From Camelus ferus (Eukaryota), in assembly GCF_009834535.1 (NCBI RefSeq), contig NC_045698.1, forward strand, positions 6,760,001 to 6,824,000: a stretch of DNA of 64,000 nt. Reading direction: 5' to 3'. The position numbers and the translations under genes were made by a program. Positions 37,400 through 51,579 of the stretch are shown piece by piece; the first letter of the stretch is position 1; the number at the start of each line of letters is the position of its first letter. A model generated the notes under the pieces. That model saw only the letters and a list, made by a program, of their open reading frames with translations, searched no databases and had not been told where the DNA came from.

Positions 37400-37995
37400 T
37401 TTAAACTGGGAAAGATTAAAATGAGGCAAAATATCCAGTGTCGGCATGATTTTAAATGATGGCATTTTTACCCACTTCGGTGGAAGCGTAAACAGGTATA
37501 ACTTTGGGGGAAGGTAATTTGACAACATTTAATATAAACCCTTAAAATACTTTGCCCTCTTGATCCAGTAGTTCAGCCTGTAAGAATGCGTTCTAAGGAA
37601 ATTATCAGGTGTGTGTCCATGAATATTGGGACATGAGCTTTCATTGTTCATGGGTTATAAGACGAAAAAATATTTGAAAAAAATCCCTAAAGGAGTATTT
37701 AAATAAATCATGAATGACAATAAAGTATAATTCAATAATTAGCAGTGATGTATAATAACCTACAATTATTGATATTAAAAACTCATTCATAATATGTTGT
37801 TTTAAAAGCCAGTTAAAAATTACAGTATAGTCCAATTTCAATTAAAAAAATACATACAGAAAAACCATACAACTAAAAAATGAATTGATATTTTCTCCAG
37901 ACAATGGAATTATAACTGAGTTTTTTTCCTTTTGCTAATCTGGTGTTTTCTAATTTTTATTTCAATTAACATGACTTATTTGTGTAATTTTAAAG
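37400..37995 (+). mobile_element. L1ME-type 3' end
   Basis: ggtggaagcgtaaacaggtataactttggggg, ctcttgatccagtagttc, tttctaatttttatttcaattaacatg. Confidence 0.65.
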
Positions 37996-38439
37996 AACCA
38001 AAACATTAACCATGTACTTAGGAAGCTCTGTTATCTTTACAGAGATAGGATTTACCTTGAGGTTCAGTCTACTCAGGACTGAGATCAAAAGCAGATGCCT
38101 GAGATCCACTCTCCTCTTAAAACTTTCATTTGCTTCTACTACAAATATTCCCACTCTGACTGGTAAGAACACTGGCCTACACTTCGCCTGACCTGGCTCT
38201 AGCAGAAAAGGGAGCGTGGGATGATGTTTAGGAAAGAAGTTTCAAAGGCAAAAGCGACCTCAAAAACCAACAGGCCTGTGGTGGTGAGGAAAGCAGGGTC
38301 AGATATATTCAACCATGAGGTCCAGGCCTTGGAGATGCCAGCTCGCTCTTGCTGGGGCTCCTCCGCCTTCACCCACCACCGTTCAGAGGCGGAGCTCTCA
38401 GAAAATGGGAGCAACCTCTGTCCATCAGCGAATGAAAAC

Positions 38440-38700
38440 AATAATGGTGGCAAACACTTAGCACGTGCTTCCTACTTGCCACATACTGTTCAGAACATAC
38501 TTTACTCGTACTCAGTTAACCCTCACAACAACCCTGGGAGGTAAGAACCATTATTAAGCCCATTGCACAGATGAGAAACCTGAGTCTCAGAGATGTTATA
38601 AGTAACTTCCTGAGGGTATCCGGCCTGCAGTGAAAAAGCCGAAAAACAAACCCCGGCAGTCTGGCCCTAGAATCCATGCCCTTCACCATTCCATGCACAG
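38440..38700 (-). mobile_element. MIR
   Basis: aaccctcacaacaaccctgggaggtaag...cccattgcacagatgagaaacctgagtctcagaga. Confidence 0.85.
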
Positions 38701-40545
38701 AAGGATCATCTGAACGATTCATTAAAACCATTTCCTGGACTTCGTCCTCAGAGAGCCTGATTCAGCAGACCGTGAATGCACATCTTTCAAGCTCACCAGC
38801 GGTGCCAACGCTGCTGGTCTGAAACTCAAATGGGGAGCAGCTCTGCAGACGCGAAGTGTTGCAATAAAGTGCACCAGATACTTTCTGGAATTAAATCTCG
38901 TAAATAATCAATAATGGATGAGTTACCCGTGGATCAAATTAATTTACCCCAAATGACTTCCTATTGATATAGCAGTAATTGGTAGCAAAGTTGGTTGATA
39001 ATCCAATTTAAAAACTGTTACTTATTCAACTACATTGCAGCAAGTAGGAGGCAATGTGCTCCCGTGACAAGCCTGCTGGGAGTCTAGAGCCGTGGAAAAC
39101 TGAAAGGTATCATTTACTGTAAAACCGCTGTAACAGCACAACACGGTCTTCTAATCACTAGAGCCTCGTTTTCAGAAGTCACGGAAGACATGCTATGAAT
39201 ATAGCAGCCCACAAAACCCTCACGCTCGCTTTGCTCTCTGTCTACATCTGTTTTTCCAGGCGAGGTTGCCTTGGACACAAGTATCCTTTATGCCTGCAAA
39301 GTCTATCCCCTGTGGAAAATTAGCAAATCGACATTCAGATTTAATAAATCTGCCTGGTAATAATTTTTCTGCTCAGACCCCCAAAGTTTGATAACCTCCA
39401 TGAAAACTGACAAAGCCAATTCCAAGCCTCTCAAAGTGAAAAGTTGAACCCAGACCTGTGGTGACCACAGTGGGGCACAGGGGCTGCCCTGAATGCCTGC
39501 CTCAGGGGAAGTGGGGCATCCTTCTCCCTAAAGATGCCGGGACTTCCGTGACTGAGGTTGGCTTCCAAAGGCCACCTGGACTTCCCTAACTATGACTAAT
39601 ACTCAAGACCTAGATCCGCTACCTTCTGGGAAGGATGACAGTCCTGAATTTAATAATGATCTCAGACTTAACCTTCCTTTACTTAGGACAGTCAGCCCAG
39701 ACAGTTGCATGGGGCTGGTTTCCACCTGCCTGAAGGTCTTCCATCTGGCGAGCATCCCAGAGAGCTGCCACGCTGGCGACCATGGACAGAACCACATGAC
39801 ATCACTTGGTTCCCCAGTCAGGTTTGCCTGACATGTAAGAGGTCGGGGAGTGGGCACATACTTGATGACGGTCCCATAGCACAACTACCTGAAGCTCTTA
39901 GAAGAGAAAACACACGACATGAACATTGTTATTAAGTCATAAGGGGTCAGGTCCAAGAGAAGATCTTCATTTTATTACCAGATTCCTTTTTATTTCACCT
40001 AGCCTCTGAACAAAATCCAAACAGTGGCCCCAAACGAATTATCTTGCTGTTTGCACTCTCTAGTCACCTATGTTTACCCTGAAAGCGGAGGACCTCTTGG
40101 GGTCAGGAAAGGAGGCTGTGAGATGTCCTTCAGATGGGGCCACTCTGCAGTGAAGAGACTCAAACTTCAAGACTCAGATTCACCCTGAGCCCAGATTTCA
40201 CCACGAGTCTCTCAGAACTGGGGAATGAAAAGCACTAAACGTTCACCTGTGAAGGAGTGCCTGGCTAGTAGGAGGTAGTTAAAAACACTTTTAAAGAATA
40301 AATAAAAGGTATTATGGAAAAGTCAGGAATATTTCCAAACAAATTGACAAAAAAAAAAAAAAAAAGCCTCCATGTGAGCCCCATTCTTCCTGACACAGAA
40401 CATGCCCTAGCGTTCACTGAGGTCCCCAGGTTTCCTAGTCCATTCCTTCCCTGAGCCCACACCCAAAACTGCACAGCCTGGGAAGTGAGACCCCGTGGTT
40501 ACGAGGTCAATAAGACCCGTGCCTCTTGTGATCTTATGCCTCCCT

Positions 40546-41090
40546 GTGGGCTGAGAGGGGCAGAATGATGCCAAAGTCCTGATCCCTGGAACCTGTGCCT
40601 ATGTCACCTCACATCACAGAATGGTCCCTGTGATTAAGGGACATACCTGGAGATGGGACTATTATCCTGATAATCTGAGTAGGTCTAATCTAATTCTGTG
40701 AGTTCTTGAAACTGAATGAGGAAGGCAGGGGACTGAATCAGAGAGACAGTGGCAGGAGGAAGATCTAGAGGTCTGGAGGGGCAGTGTGCAGAGACCTGAG
40801 AGAAGCCTCCAGGAGGTAAGGGTGGCTCCCCACTGACAGCCAGCAAGGACACGGGACGTCAGTCCTACAACCTCAGGAAACTGAATTATGTCAATGCCTG
40901 AATGAGCAAGGGAACCAGCTCTCCCCTAGAGCTTCCAGAAAGGACCTCAACCTACCAACTCCTGGACTGTGCCCCAGTGAGACCCACATTGGACTTCTGG
41001 CCTCCAGAACTGGAAGACAATAATGTGGGTAGGTTTATTCATGTCATTTGTGGTTCCTAGTTACACCATCAATAGAAAGCAAATTGATAG
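40546..41090 (+). mobile_element. MLT1D-like LTR
   Basis: ctgatccctggaacctgtg, gagatgggactattatcctg, ctgacagccagcaagg, cagtcctacaacc, gacttctggcctccagaactg. Confidence 0.85.
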
Positions 41091-41699
41091 TTTTCATGTA
41101 AATTTCCTTTTTAATTAAAACTTTTCTATTTTAACCAAATCTGTTCTTTCCAACCAAAGACTTGAATCAGCCTGAACCCTGGTTCCATCTTGTAAAGCAA
41201 CCCTCTTCTTCAGATGAAATAATTTAGAAAGCCCTTTATAATGTTTTACGCTAACTTTTTAGAGTAAAAGCATCAGTGGATTTCCATGCTGAATTTTAGC
41301 CCGAGTGACTCCAGCTTGTGGAGTGACGTAATCCTAAACTCCAAAAAGGAGGATGGAAGCTATCTCTCCTGACCCTGAAGGTGGTCTCAATCACGTCTGG
41401 CAATGACTGCACAGAGTGTTCTGGAATGCATCAGGGCGAAGAGGGAAAAACAAAGACACTGATCTTCTAGCCTCACAATCTGGTTTTAATATCATTTGTC
41501 TGCAGGAGAATCAACCATTAAAGAATGATTTCCTTAAGTCCAGTTTTTAAGATCCCTTTAATCTAGCCATCTGCTAAGATTATCTTCATAGAAATGAGGG
41601 AAATTTCAGTGGACATATGAATTTCTTTGTTTATAAAATAATAACTGAATCACATTTTTGACCCAATCTGCTGATAAAAATCAGTTTGACATATACAGT

Positions 41700-41846
41700 C
41701 AGTTCATGTGTATGTATATGTATATATGTAATGTGTGCGCTATATACACACGACTATACTCACATTGATACACGTGTGTAAGTGCATGCATAATATGTAC
41801 ACAGATTTATATTACATGCATACGTAACTACACACAGGCACACACA
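41700..41846. repeat. (TA/CA/TG)n low-complexity
   Basis: Alternating purine-pyrimidine run. Confidence 0.7.
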
Positions 41847-42715
41847 TGTATTAATCAGGATAAGCTACTTTAAGCTGCATCTGTTATCCATTGCCACATC
41901 CAAACCACACAGCCTTAGGGGCTCAAAATAGCAAAACTGTATTCACTCACATTTCTGTGGGCCAGCAGTTTGGACTGGGCTCAGCTGGCTGTTCTTCTGT
42001 GGGTTTTGCCTGGGGTCATTCATGTAGCACAGTCATCTGGTGGCCCAACGAGGCCTGAATGGTCCAAGGGGAGCCTGTTTGCATGTTCGGAGGTGGATGC
42101 TGGCTGTCAGCCAGGTCTCTCTCTGCACGTGGTCCCTCCCTATGGACTCGGGCTTCATGGTGGTCTGAAGGCAGTAGAGAGGTCGAGCAAAAGTTACGAA
42201 GCCTCCAAAGACCTTCGCTGGGAACTCCCTCAGTGTCACTTCTCAGTCTGTTGATCAGAGCAAGTCACAGTTTCAGTCCAATGTTAAGAGTGGAGAAAGG
42301 AAATGTACCCCTTGATGAGAAAAGCAACAATTCACATTGCAAAGACGATGGAGGAATTTATGACTATTTTCATAGTCTGTCATAACCCCCAAATCTCAAA
42401 GGTTTATTTTTCACTAATGCTGTGTATCCATCATGGTCTGCGAGGGGCTCTGCTCCACACTTTTTCTCATAAGGAAGTAGATGACGGGTTTCTTCCTCCG
42501 TGCAGAGCATGCTGTGTGGGTTATCGTAGCTGAGGGAAAGAGGTCAGTGAAGGCAATTAAGCACTCTGACCAGGAGTGACATCAGTCACTCCCAACCAGT
42601 TGCTGTCCAAAGTAAGTTATATGGCCACACCTGATCTCAGAGCAGTGGGAGGTGAAGTCTTATCACGCACCTGGAAAGAGGGGAAGTCAAATATGAGCAA
42701 ACATATATTCTAAGA
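41847..42715 (-). mobile_element. Nested MLT1 LTRs (inner ~41880-42385 within an older MLT1)
   Basis: Outer starts tgtattaatcaggataagcta and resumes accccccaaatctcaaaggtttatttttc; inner has ctcacatttctgtgggccagcagtttggactgggctcagctgg...atagtctgtcata. Confidence 0.6.
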
Positions 42716-43796
42716 AGTAACACAACGTACATGCACACACACACACACCGGCACATACTGTCGATCTATTAATTTCACACAGACATTTCAAAGACTTGGA
42801 AGTACCCAGAAAGTTACCAGTGTTCTGGAAATTATTTCTTCTAGCTATATATCAGTTAAGATTGGTAGTATTTTTGTCAATTCCATAAGAAGTTTTGGTA
42901 GGAAGACTAATTCTTTCTTGTTTGTTCCAGAGATAATGATGTAAATGGAGTTTACTTGTCAATACCCAAGTACCTTTGATCAAACATGGAAGGGTTTTAT
43001 CCACAATCTGACTAAAAAGATATTTTACCATTTTATAGTTATGTCTTTGGCCATAGCGTTTGGGATTCCAAGCTATGGTAGTTTGGGTTTTCACAAATAC
43101 TTAGCCTCTTTCTCCTTTTGAGCCCTAGTTAGTTCCCCATCCACTTAAGATTAGATGTTGTCATGTGACATGATTTGGCCAATGAGATTCCACTCTATAT
43201 GTGCATATGATTCTACATTACAAAGCACTGTTACAAATATTTTCTCATAGCAAAATTATCAAGTCCCCAATAATTGGAAATTAACTTGCACTTATGTAAA
43301 CTTTGCTAAATAAAGATGTTTCTACAAATAACACATGTGCTAAAAAACAAAAGGCAAAACAAATAATATTGAATCTACTGCCAGTTGGAATTGTTGGACC
43401 CAACTAATGGTAATATTTTTTAAAAATTGAAATGAAGGTAGAAAATGGTTTATTTTCATAGTATTTTTTCTTAATATTTTCTTATTTTTTATTTTGGATC
43501 TTTACAAGTCTGTAATGAAGTCGGAAGAGAGGTTTATAAATTCTGGTTGCATATAATGGCTCAACTTTTTTCAGAGATTTAATCTTTTTTCCTTATTCTA
43601 AGAATGGACTTTTCTGTTCCTGTAGAAGATTATACTAATATTTACCTGAAATCCAAATTAGAGAATTTTTTTTAACTTGAAATGCCACCCACATAAGTTA
43701 GCCACATTGGGCTGGCTTTTTTTTCCCCCTTGTATAATTCCACCTTTATTTAAGAAGGTATATGCTATTTGTCTGTAGGTTTTAGGTAATAGTCAC

Positions 43797-44243
43797 TATA
43801 ATGGTTTGAATGGTGAACCCCAGAAAAGAAATGTGCAAGTCCTACCCACTGGGATCTGTGAATATGAATATTTGGGTAAAGAGTCCTTTTAAGTGTAAGT
43901 AAATTGAGGATTTTGAGATGAGGTTACCCTGGATTGTCCAGCTGGTCCCAAATCCAATAACTTATCAGTGTCCTGATAAGAGACAGAAGGGAAGAGACCA
44001 TGAGAAGATACAGAGACTGGAGTGATGTATCTACAAGCCAAGGAAAACCAAGGACTGCCAGCCACTTCTAGAAGCCAGGAGAGAGGTAAGGAAAGAGTCT
44101 CCCTTAGAACCTCCAAAAGAGACCAACATGGCTCCACTTTGATTTCAGACTTCTCACCCAGAACTCTGAGAGAATAGGTTTCCATTGTGTTAAGTCACCC
44201 GGTTTGGGGTGATTTGCTGTGGCAGTCCTAGGGACCTAATACA
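43797..44243 (+). mobile_element. MLT1B/C LTR
   Basis: ggtttgaatggtg...gagatgaggttaccctggatt...caagccaaggaa...gatttcagacttc...ggcagtcctagggacctaataca. Confidence 0.88.
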
Positions 44244-45062
44244 GACCCTTCCACGTCACTCAGGATTGCCTTCACCTCTCCACCTTTTTTTGTTTGTTTG
44301 TTTTTTGGCATTTCCCAACAAGACAGCAGAACCATAATCTTTGAATTAACGCTGTTTAAAATCTCAGTGGTTTCATTGCATGAGGCTTCCTTTGAGTTCC
44401 GTAGAAAAGCGGAGGTTATCACACCACGTACACCAGGTGTCAATCACAGATGTGAACGTGCATCTTGTGCTTTTCACAGAAACTTTTTAGCTCTCAGTCG
44501 CACATGCAGAGTAAATAGTACAGAATTGAAATAAAAACAAGCCCTGTGTTGGTCCTGCCCCTGATAGCTGACTGTATGAACATATGGGCTATAAACTACC
44601 GTATATATTCTATACTGATTTCCATTTTTTTGCTCCTATTTTATTTTCCAAGATTAAAAGTTGCCTCTGAAAGATGCCATAGTTTGAGATCAGTTAGTGT
44701 TCTTCTGCCCATTAAAATGCAAATTCCTACTCCTGTGCAATGTGTGATAGGTTTAGGTAAACTGTGGAGTTTCTCCTCTCCGTTTTTTACTGGTTTAATT
44801 TTAATCTAGATTGTCTATCAAGTCGTAGCCCATCTCGCAAATTTCAGTTAAAGTGCTGCTTCCCACATTCAGAGTGTCTCTGTTTCACTCTTCACTCTTA
44901 CAATTTATTTTTCGTTATCTATGAAATGCAGCCACATTTCTTGAACTTTTACTAAGTTGCATGTACCATTCATTTATTCTTCAGGGAACACACCTACCAT
45001 TAGTCCCACTTCACAGAGGAGCAGACAAACTCTGCAGGGTTCAGGAACTTGTCTGAGATAAT

Positions 45063-45629
45063 TGTATTGGTACACTATTGCTGTGTAACAAAGTTCCACA
45101 AACTTAGCAGCTTAAAACACCAATTTATTATTTCACTGTTCTTCGGTCAGATGTCCAACACAGCATGACCAATTACTCTGCTCAGAATCTGACAAAGTTC
45201 AAATCAAGGTGTTGGCCAGGCTATGTTCCTTCCTGGAGGCTCTTCGGAGGAATCTGCTTCCAAGCTCTTGCCCATTGTTGACAGAATTCAGTTCTTCATA
45301 GTCGTAGGACTAATGTCCCCATTTCCTTGACACCAGGCCTCCTCCATCGTCATGCCAGCAACAGCACATCCAGAACTTTTTGTGCTTTGAATCTTTTCAA
45401 CTTCTTCTCCTGCCTCTGCTTTTAAAGGCTCCTGGGGTTATGTTGGGTCCTCCTAGATAATCCAGGATAATCTCTCTATTTTAAAGTCAACTGATTAGTA
45501 ACCATAATTACATCTCAGAGTCTCCTAGCTGTATATGATAATATATTCACAGGTGTGGTATCTCATCATTTTCACATTTCTGGGGTTTGAATTGGGCTGT
45601 TCTTGGGGCCATAATTCTGCCTACCCATA
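45063..45629 (-). mobile_element. MLT1D/E LTR
   Basis: tgtattgg...ctattgctgtgtaacaaagttccacaaacttagcagcttaaaac...aaatcaaggtgttggccagg...ttctgcctacccata. Confidence 0.85.
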
Positions 45630-45789
45630 TTTTTCACAATTAGTAAGGGACAGACTGGGGTTGTAAACCCAAATCTGTGTTAGTTTTTCACCTAAGTGAC
45701 CAAATTAACCTAAACCTGGGCTGTGGAAGTATAAACAGTGAAATCTGAGGATGCTGGTGAGATGGTAGTGTAATCTCTAAAACCAGAGA

Positions 45790-45960
45790 CTCTAGGCAGC
45801 ACTGTCTGCAGTCAAATCCTCAGTCCCCTCAACTGTAAAATGGATGTAATATCAGGATCTGCTTCTAGAGTTGTTATGAGAATTAAGTGACAATATTTAT
45901 AAAGGGCTGAGAATATTGCCTGGCATATGGCAAACATTGTAGAAATGATTTTAAATAAAT
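45790..45960 (+). mobile_element. MIR
   Basis: cctcagtcccctcaactgtaaaatggatgtaata...gttgttatgagaattaagtgac...gcctggcatat. Confidence 0.75.
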
Positions 45961-47184
45961 AAAAATAAAGGAACATAGATGAGAGAAAGAGAGGATAGCA
46001 ATTGGGAAGTGATTTTTTTCCCATTTAATCACACATGATAATTTCTGACTTGCTTAAAAGTTGAAATATTTGTGATTATAACTCTGCCCTACTTTTCAGC
46101 TAACACTATAAGACATCTCTTCACCAAGTTTCAACCTACTTTTTGGGTAAAGAGTAAGATTTATTTGCACTACATGCTCACTGATCAGTTGGGGAGTTGA
46201 AATGGATTCAGTAAAATTGTATGAGGGGGACTTCATGATTTTTTTTTTTGATGTTGCTTATTAGGTGGAAAAATAATTGTCAAAATATTTTTCCTGCTCT
46301 TAAAAAGCTTTTTTTTTTTTTAAAAAAAAAGGATTTGTAGAGAGTTCTATTTATTGAAACAGCGGCTTTGAGAGCAAAGTCACAACATAATTAGTAAACA
46401 GTTAAAACAATCTCTGTGATTAAAAGGACCCTTATTATAACTATGGTGTTATAGGTGACATATAAACAAATGTTCTCTATGGCCAACTCCAATGTATATT
46501 ATGAGGGTATCTACAAAACTTGCATCTGCCCTAAAATGTCATGTACCCTGGCTGATCACAGCTATTGAAACTGCTCTTAACAAAATATATCTGTTAATAT
46601 TCATGATATCTAGGAGGGATAAGAGTCTTCATCAAAGAAATAGCACCTAGTAATTTGTCAGATGATTGAGAGGAAAATAAGAACTATTCCTTTCTGGCCT
46701 CTCTGCCCAACTCCAGGAACGTTGGGATATTCTGCTGGGATTTTTTTCCACTCAATCCTGAGGAGAGCTGGTCATCATAGAAGATAACACCAACACTTAA
46801 TGCTCCTTTTCCAAAGTTTCTGGCATCAGGATGGACTTTTCCTCTAGTTTTCATGCTGACTGAGATTGAGAGTAGAAAAATAGGTAACAAAAATATGGAG
46901 TAGTCCCAATAGGTGTATTTTACATGCAAGCTGTGTCAGACCCTCTGGAAGAGTCAAGCCAATATGCTCATATCACCAAACTTGAATTGAATATTCTATT
47001 ATGTAACATTTTAGATGTTCAAAAAAGTATGAAAAATACTACAATAATCCACACCATACCACTAACATAGGTTAAGAAACAAATAAGTACATTTCCACTT
47101 AAACATCCCACATATTCCTAGAACAGCAGATGCCCCAAACTGACTTAATCTTCACTCAGTATTACATACATATAAGAATTATAT

Positions 47185-47400
47185 ATGATTAGGAGCGTTG
47201 GTCCTGGGGCCAGATGGTCTGGGTTTAAATCCAGTCACTGCTGCACAACTAGGTAACTTTCAATGAGTTATTTAACTTCTGCATGTCTCTGTTCCTCATC
47301 CATAATTTGAGAATAATAATAGTATCTACCCTACAGATGCTCATAAGTATTAAGTGAGTTTAATATATGTAAATGTATTCAGAATAATTCTTAACATTTC
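47185..47400 (+). mobile_element. MIR
   Basis: ctggggccagatggtctgggtttaaatcc...gttatttaacttctgcatgtctctgttcctcatc. Confidence 0.75.
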
Positions 47401-47684
47401 TAAGAACTTCTTTCCTTGATGAATGGTGCTACTTCACTGCCTCCTTGTTCAAGCCAGCCCCATGGAGGCTATCCACAACTTTGACCATTCTTATCATCAC
47501 AGTCCCTGATGCTCACCAGGTTCTACAGATTTGTCATTTTCCTTGAATTAATCTTCTCCTTTAAATTCTTCCTTCCACAATTTTGAAAATCCTTTCTTAA
47601 TTAGGCCACTGCAATACTGCCTGCCTTTCTATTTCTACTCCTTTTCTCATGTAATTCAGAAAATCATCATTTAAAAATTAAATT

Positions 47685-50048
47685 ATGAGAACAAGGCAGG
47701 GTGTCACCTGTCACCACTTCCATTCAACATCATACTGGAAAACCTAGCTAGTGCAATAAAACAAGAAAAGAAAAGGTAAGCAAATTAGGAAGGAAGAAAT
47801 AAAATTGTCTTTGTTCACTGATGACGTGATTGTGTAGAGTCTTCCTGAAAAGTCAATAAAAATACTCCTGAAGCTAATTAGTGGTTATAGAAAATTTGCA
47901 GGATACATGGCTAATGTTGAGAAGTTAAGTATTTTCCTATATACCAGTAATAAATAATAGGAATTTGAATTTTAAAAATTTATTTATAATAGCACCAAAA
48001 TAATAAAACTTGCATATAAATCAAGCAAAATAAGTGGAGGGATATTTCATGTTCACAGATTAGAAAACTCAATGTTATCACAATATCCATAGTGTTATAT
48101 AGATTCAACACAATCCCAGTCAAAATCCCAACAAGCTAGTTAGTGGACATTAACAACTGATTTTAATGTTTTTATGGAAAGGCTGAAGATACAGAATAGT
48201 CAACACAATACTGAAGAAGAAAAAAGTTAAGAAGACTGACAAAACCATAAAGACCTTAAAATGATCAGTGGTTGCCAGGAGCTCAGGGAGAGGGAGAGAA
48301 TAATAAATGGATGAAGTAGAAGAGATTTTTAGGACAATAAAACTATTCTGTAAGATACTACAATGGGGAATATATAATGCTATGCATTTGTCAAAATTCA
48401 CAGAATTTTACAGGACAAATAATGAACCTTAGTGTACAAAAATTTTTAAAAATCATTTGGAATGTTTGGGGTATCCCAATAAGAAACACAGAATGTGACA
48501 AAAGTATCTAAATATATTACAAATGTAAGAAACAAACTCAGTAAAATAAGCAAGGAGAAAAGGTGCTGACTTAAGTAACTTTGAAAATGAACAAGGTCTC
48601 TAAGACTAAAGGCCAAAGGAATTGCCGATAAACACTGAATTCTGGTTGATAAAGTTATTTCCCATGGTGTGTGGGTTAACAATGTTGATACTACTATACA
48701 TGCACCCTGGAACTCAACAAATAAGTAAATGAATGGCAGTGGTAGGAGGCAGGTTTCTCACTGTAGGCAGGGCTGTGAATTTACAGGGAAGCGCAGGGAG
48801 GAGGCTAGAATGATGCACGCGGTACTGGATTAGAGATGGAGAATGAGTATGAACTTAGGCTTATCCTAATATAGAAATAAATTGTTACAGACAGAAATAT
48901 TTATAGGTAAGTGTATATGTGAAGGTTAGTATATATCCATTTATTTCATTGTTCTATCAGCTGAGAGGCCTAAAAGAAGCAACACCCAGGAGCAAAGAGC
49001 ACCCTAGCACCCAAATCTTGGTATCTGATACCATTCTCCATTAGAAGGAATCAGGGCTCCTTGGAGAAATGGATGATTATAGTACTGGGACAGGGAAAAT
49101 ATGAGATAAGCCTGGAGCATCTTGCACTCCTAGATAATAAGAAAGTACCGAAAGAGGAACCCCACACAGTGGGCTATGTCAATAAGACACAGGTGCCACT
49201 GGAAGAGTTCTCAATGAACAAAGCTGGACAATTTGAGCAATAAAATTAATAAAATATCATTGATTTATAACCCAAAGTATAAAATAAATATTCATGAATC
49301 CATATTGGTGATAAATAATTGAATACATTTGTAAATGGGGAGAAGAGACTAATCTCCCATGCAGAGTATTTCCAAGTAATTTATGTAGATACTCTGTCCC
49401 CAAGAAGAAGGAGCATAACTCCTTCTTCTTTCAGTGTGAATTGTGCATAGTAACTACTTTCCAAAGAGCACACTATGGAAAGAGGGTGGGAGGAAAGTAA
49501 CTTCAGCAGAGAAACTTGACAAATACTACGTTAGCCAGGGTATCAAAGTCAACAACAACTGTCATAAGTCATGTTGATATTGCATACCCTTTGATGAAAA
49601 TAGCACTTTCCCTCTGTGGGCTTTCCCCACAATAACTCATAATCCCAGTCTTATCAGGATAAAAATTTCAGATAAATCTCAATATTAGGGCATGCTACAA
49701 AATATCTGACCAGTACTCCTAAAAACTGTCAAAGTCATCAAAAATAAGGAAAGCTTGAGAAACCTAAGAGGACATGACAACTAAATCTAACATGGTATCC
49801 TGGATAGGATCCTAGAACTAAGAAAGGATGTTAGTACAAATGAAAAAAATATGAAAAGTATGAATTTTAATACAAAACAATGTATCAATATTGTTTAATT
49901 AATTGTATATATACTGTAAGTATACTATACTAATGTAAGATGTTAATAATAGGGGAAGATGAATGTAGGATATATGGAAATATTCTGTAATATGTTCTCA
50001 ATTTTCTATAAACTTAAAACTGCTCTAAAAATTAAAGTTTATTAAAAA
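47685..50048 (+). mobile_element. L1MC/MD-type element (ORF2 piece plus long 3'UTR) inserted in an L2
   Basis: gaacaaggcagggtgtcacctgtcaccacttccattcaacatcatactggaa (ORF2); 3'UTR motifs gggctccttggagaaatgg, ggtatcctggataggatcctagaac; terminal aaactgctctaaaaattaaagtttattaaaaa. Confidence 0.85.
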
Positions 50049-50431
50049 TTTATATCAGATCATGAAAATTCCCTTTAAGTTCTTTAATATCCCCGGTTAC
50101 TTGCAGGATAAAATCAAAACTCCATCCTTAGCATTGAATTCCATGCCTTATTTTCTCTAGTTTCCAACTCACATTCTATTTCACACTTGTGAAGTCTTCT
50201 CATGGTTCCTCAGACAACAACAACAACAAAACCATCATGTCCTTCCACAATTCCTCACCTTCAGAAATTCCATTACTCCAGATCTTTCCTGAAAAATGGC
50301 TCATCTTTGAAGATTCAGCTTAGTTGATCCCTTTTCAGAGAAATCTTCCCTGATCTTAACAAACTGGATTAACTGGCTTCACCTCTGTGCACTTTGGCTC
50401 CTAGGGAGTACAATTTAGCCTATCACCTTGC

Positions 50432-50600
50432 TACTTGCTGCTCAGTGTGGTCCATGGACTACCAGTGTAAGCATTATATGGGAGCTCATTAAAAATGCAG
50501 AGTCTCACCTTTACCTAAACCTACAAAATTAGAACCTGCATTTTTACAAGATCCCCAAATAATCTGTAGCTGTATTACAGTTGGAAATGCTTTGAGCATC
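50432..50600. mobile_element. MER5A-like (hAT-Charlie)
   Basis: gtgtggtccatggactaccag...gggagctcattaaaaatgcagagtctca...ctgcatttttacaagatcccc. Confidence 0.75.
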
Positions 50601-50809
50601 CAAAATTTAGTTCTCCCCAAGCCCTGAACATGTGGTTCTCTGAATTTTTTTAATTGTCTGTATCCTTGCCAAGTTATGAACTCACTGAGGACAGGGGCCA
50701 TGTTTCATTTGTTTTTTTCCTTTATCTCTAATATTATCACAGCATCTGGGACATTCATGGGAACAGAACTGAATTAATGGCTGGCTCAAGGACACATTAA
50801 ATGAGAGGC

Positions 50810-51579
50810 TGTATTGGAAAGTTATATGAGATTTATAGGTTAATATCTAACTCTCCATTTATCCTTGCCAAAATTTAGGAACAACTGAGAGACAGGCAAA
50901 GGGTCAGGCAGATGATGTACAAATATCAAATTTATTGCTGATAAGGCTGATTAGAGAGAGCCTGACTTTGCTGTACAGCTAGGCAGCTTCTTTATACCTT
51001 GCCCAGAATTAAGCAGACATAAAGCTTATTCAAGCCTCCCCTTAGGGAATGGGGATCTACTCTTATCAAATGCAAGGCAGGGAAGCACAGACCTGTACTG
51101 TGCTCTGTCCAGGCAGAGTCCAAAGGGTGGAAACAGAGGTGCCTGGTCAACCTGGTCAAGGTCTTCTCTCAAATTCTCAGGCAGTTCTGCTCCTTCCCTC
51201 CTGTGGTGAGTGGTTAGTAGGTAACACTGATAAAGAGACAATTCAGAGGAAAAAGGGAATGGACAGGGATTAGAGAAAAGAGAAAGACAATACATGAACC
51301 AAGATCTTGGAGAACTAAAAATCTCAGAATGAAGATCATGCATCTGACCCTGAGATAGAACTGTGACTTGACTGAATTCTGCCTCCCTTGGGATGAGACC
51401 CTCAGACCTGCCCCACTGTGAACCAAACTAGATCTGAACCATCTCCCTGTGGTTTCCAGGTGAGCTAAGGGTGGTCCCAAAAGTCTAGCTCAGCGTACAG
51501 CACCAACTGGCCACATCAAACTGGAGAGTATGTGAATCTCCATTGTGTTTCACTCTTCCAGTGGGCTCACTTTTCAACA
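50810..51579 (-). mobile_element. Ancient LTR-like element (family uncertain)
   Basis: Minus strand has TG...CA termini with TATAAA then AATAAA in order; no TSD. Confidence 0.35.
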
